Positions 63,631 through 64,000 of a DNA stretch of 64,000 bases are shown piece after piece. Position 1 is the first letter of the stretch. Every line of letters starts with the position of its first letter. Origin of the DNA: Eubacteriales bacterium (GTDB taxonomy: Bacteria; Bacillota; Clostridia; Oscillospirales; RGIG5299); contig JAZNEJ010000008.1 in assembly GCA_045588575.1 (NCBI GenBank), positions 108,060 to 172,059 on the forward strand, read 5' to 3'. Below the pieces are notes generated by a model. The model saw only the letters and a program-made list of their open reading frames with translations. It made no database searches and was not told where the DNA came from. The position numbers were made by a program, and so were the translations under genes.

Positions 63631-64000
63631 AGTCCCATAAGGGCAAGAGCGTCCCTTGCCGCCTCCTGTTCAGCTTCCTTTTTGCTTCGGCCTTTTCCTT
63701 TTCCTATAACGTTGCTGTTAAGCCATACCTCGCAAAAGAAGGTGCGGTCATGCGCGGGGCCTTCCTCGCCTACCATTCGGTAGCTTAACATTTCGCCCTT
63801 GTTTTGCTGAATAATTTCCTGCAAAACTGTTTTGCAATCTTTATTTACCTTGCCTTTAACGGCGTCGTCAACGTATTTTTCCAAAAAAGGAAGCACGAAG
63901 CTTTGCGCTTCGTTCATTCCGCCGTCGAGATATATTGCGGCAATAAGTGCCTCGAAGGCATCGGCAGTTTGAGCGTCTTTTTTGCGATTGCTCTGAAATT
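63627..64000 (-). CDS. rnc: Ribonuclease III (5' end outside window)
   Basis: The frame stays open to the window edge (…DAFEALIAAIYLDGG…). The C-terminal dsRBD reads EEGPAHDRTFFCEVWLN...GKGKGRSKKEAEQEAARDAL. Confidence 0.9.
   Translation of the reverse strand, partial: FQSNRKKDAQTADAFEALIAAIYLDGGMNEAQSFVLPFLEKYVDDAVKGKVNKDCKTVLQEIIQQNKGEMLSYRMVGEEGPAHDRTFFCEVWLNSNVIGKGKGRSKKEAEQEAARDALALMGL

Overview
This 64-kb chromosomal window comes from an anaerobic, spore-forming Bacillota (Clostridia-like), judging by spo0A, a PerR/reverse-rubrerythrin pair, glycyl-radical chemistry, DegV and ApbE. Most of it is housekeeping: ddl (5' end cut by the window), smpB, pgk-tpiA-gpmI, trmL, glyQS, nadE, rpmG-secE-nusG-rplK-rplA, rpsU, an EF-G paralogue, spo0A, rsmA, yifB/comM, upp, rpiB, tsaB-tsaE, fhs, three tandem M42 peptidases, murD and rnc (cut). 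I saw no rRNA, tRNA, CRISPR array, transposase or integrase. The main finding is an ~18-kb accessory locus on the plus strand (23846-41806). It holds six diverged, mosaic paralogues of a ~700-aa predicted lipoprotein whose N-terminus looks like a right-handed beta-helix (pectate-lyase fold) protein. Each paralogue has its own near-consensus extended -10 promoter and hairpin terminator. Between paralogue 1 and paralogues 2-6 sits a three-gene module: an AEC-family permease, a glycyl radical enzyme (GRE) and its activase. The GRE has a GCVE active site and an RVSGFS glycyl motif, and carries an in-frame N-terminal MarA/SoxS-type AraC DNA-binding domain. One paralogue has lost exactly its lipoprotein signal peptide. 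Other points of interest are listed here.
- A ~265-nt multi-hairpin intergenic element occurs in two copies.
- A cluster of UUCG-type hairpins replaces the last cassette's terminator.
- A Spo0A-C-like protein has a degenerate receiver domain.
- A TauE/SafE gene is split by a single in-frame stop.
- A small RHH gene is flanked by duplicated promoter/RBS modules.
All functional calls come from motif recognition by eye. No database search was run.
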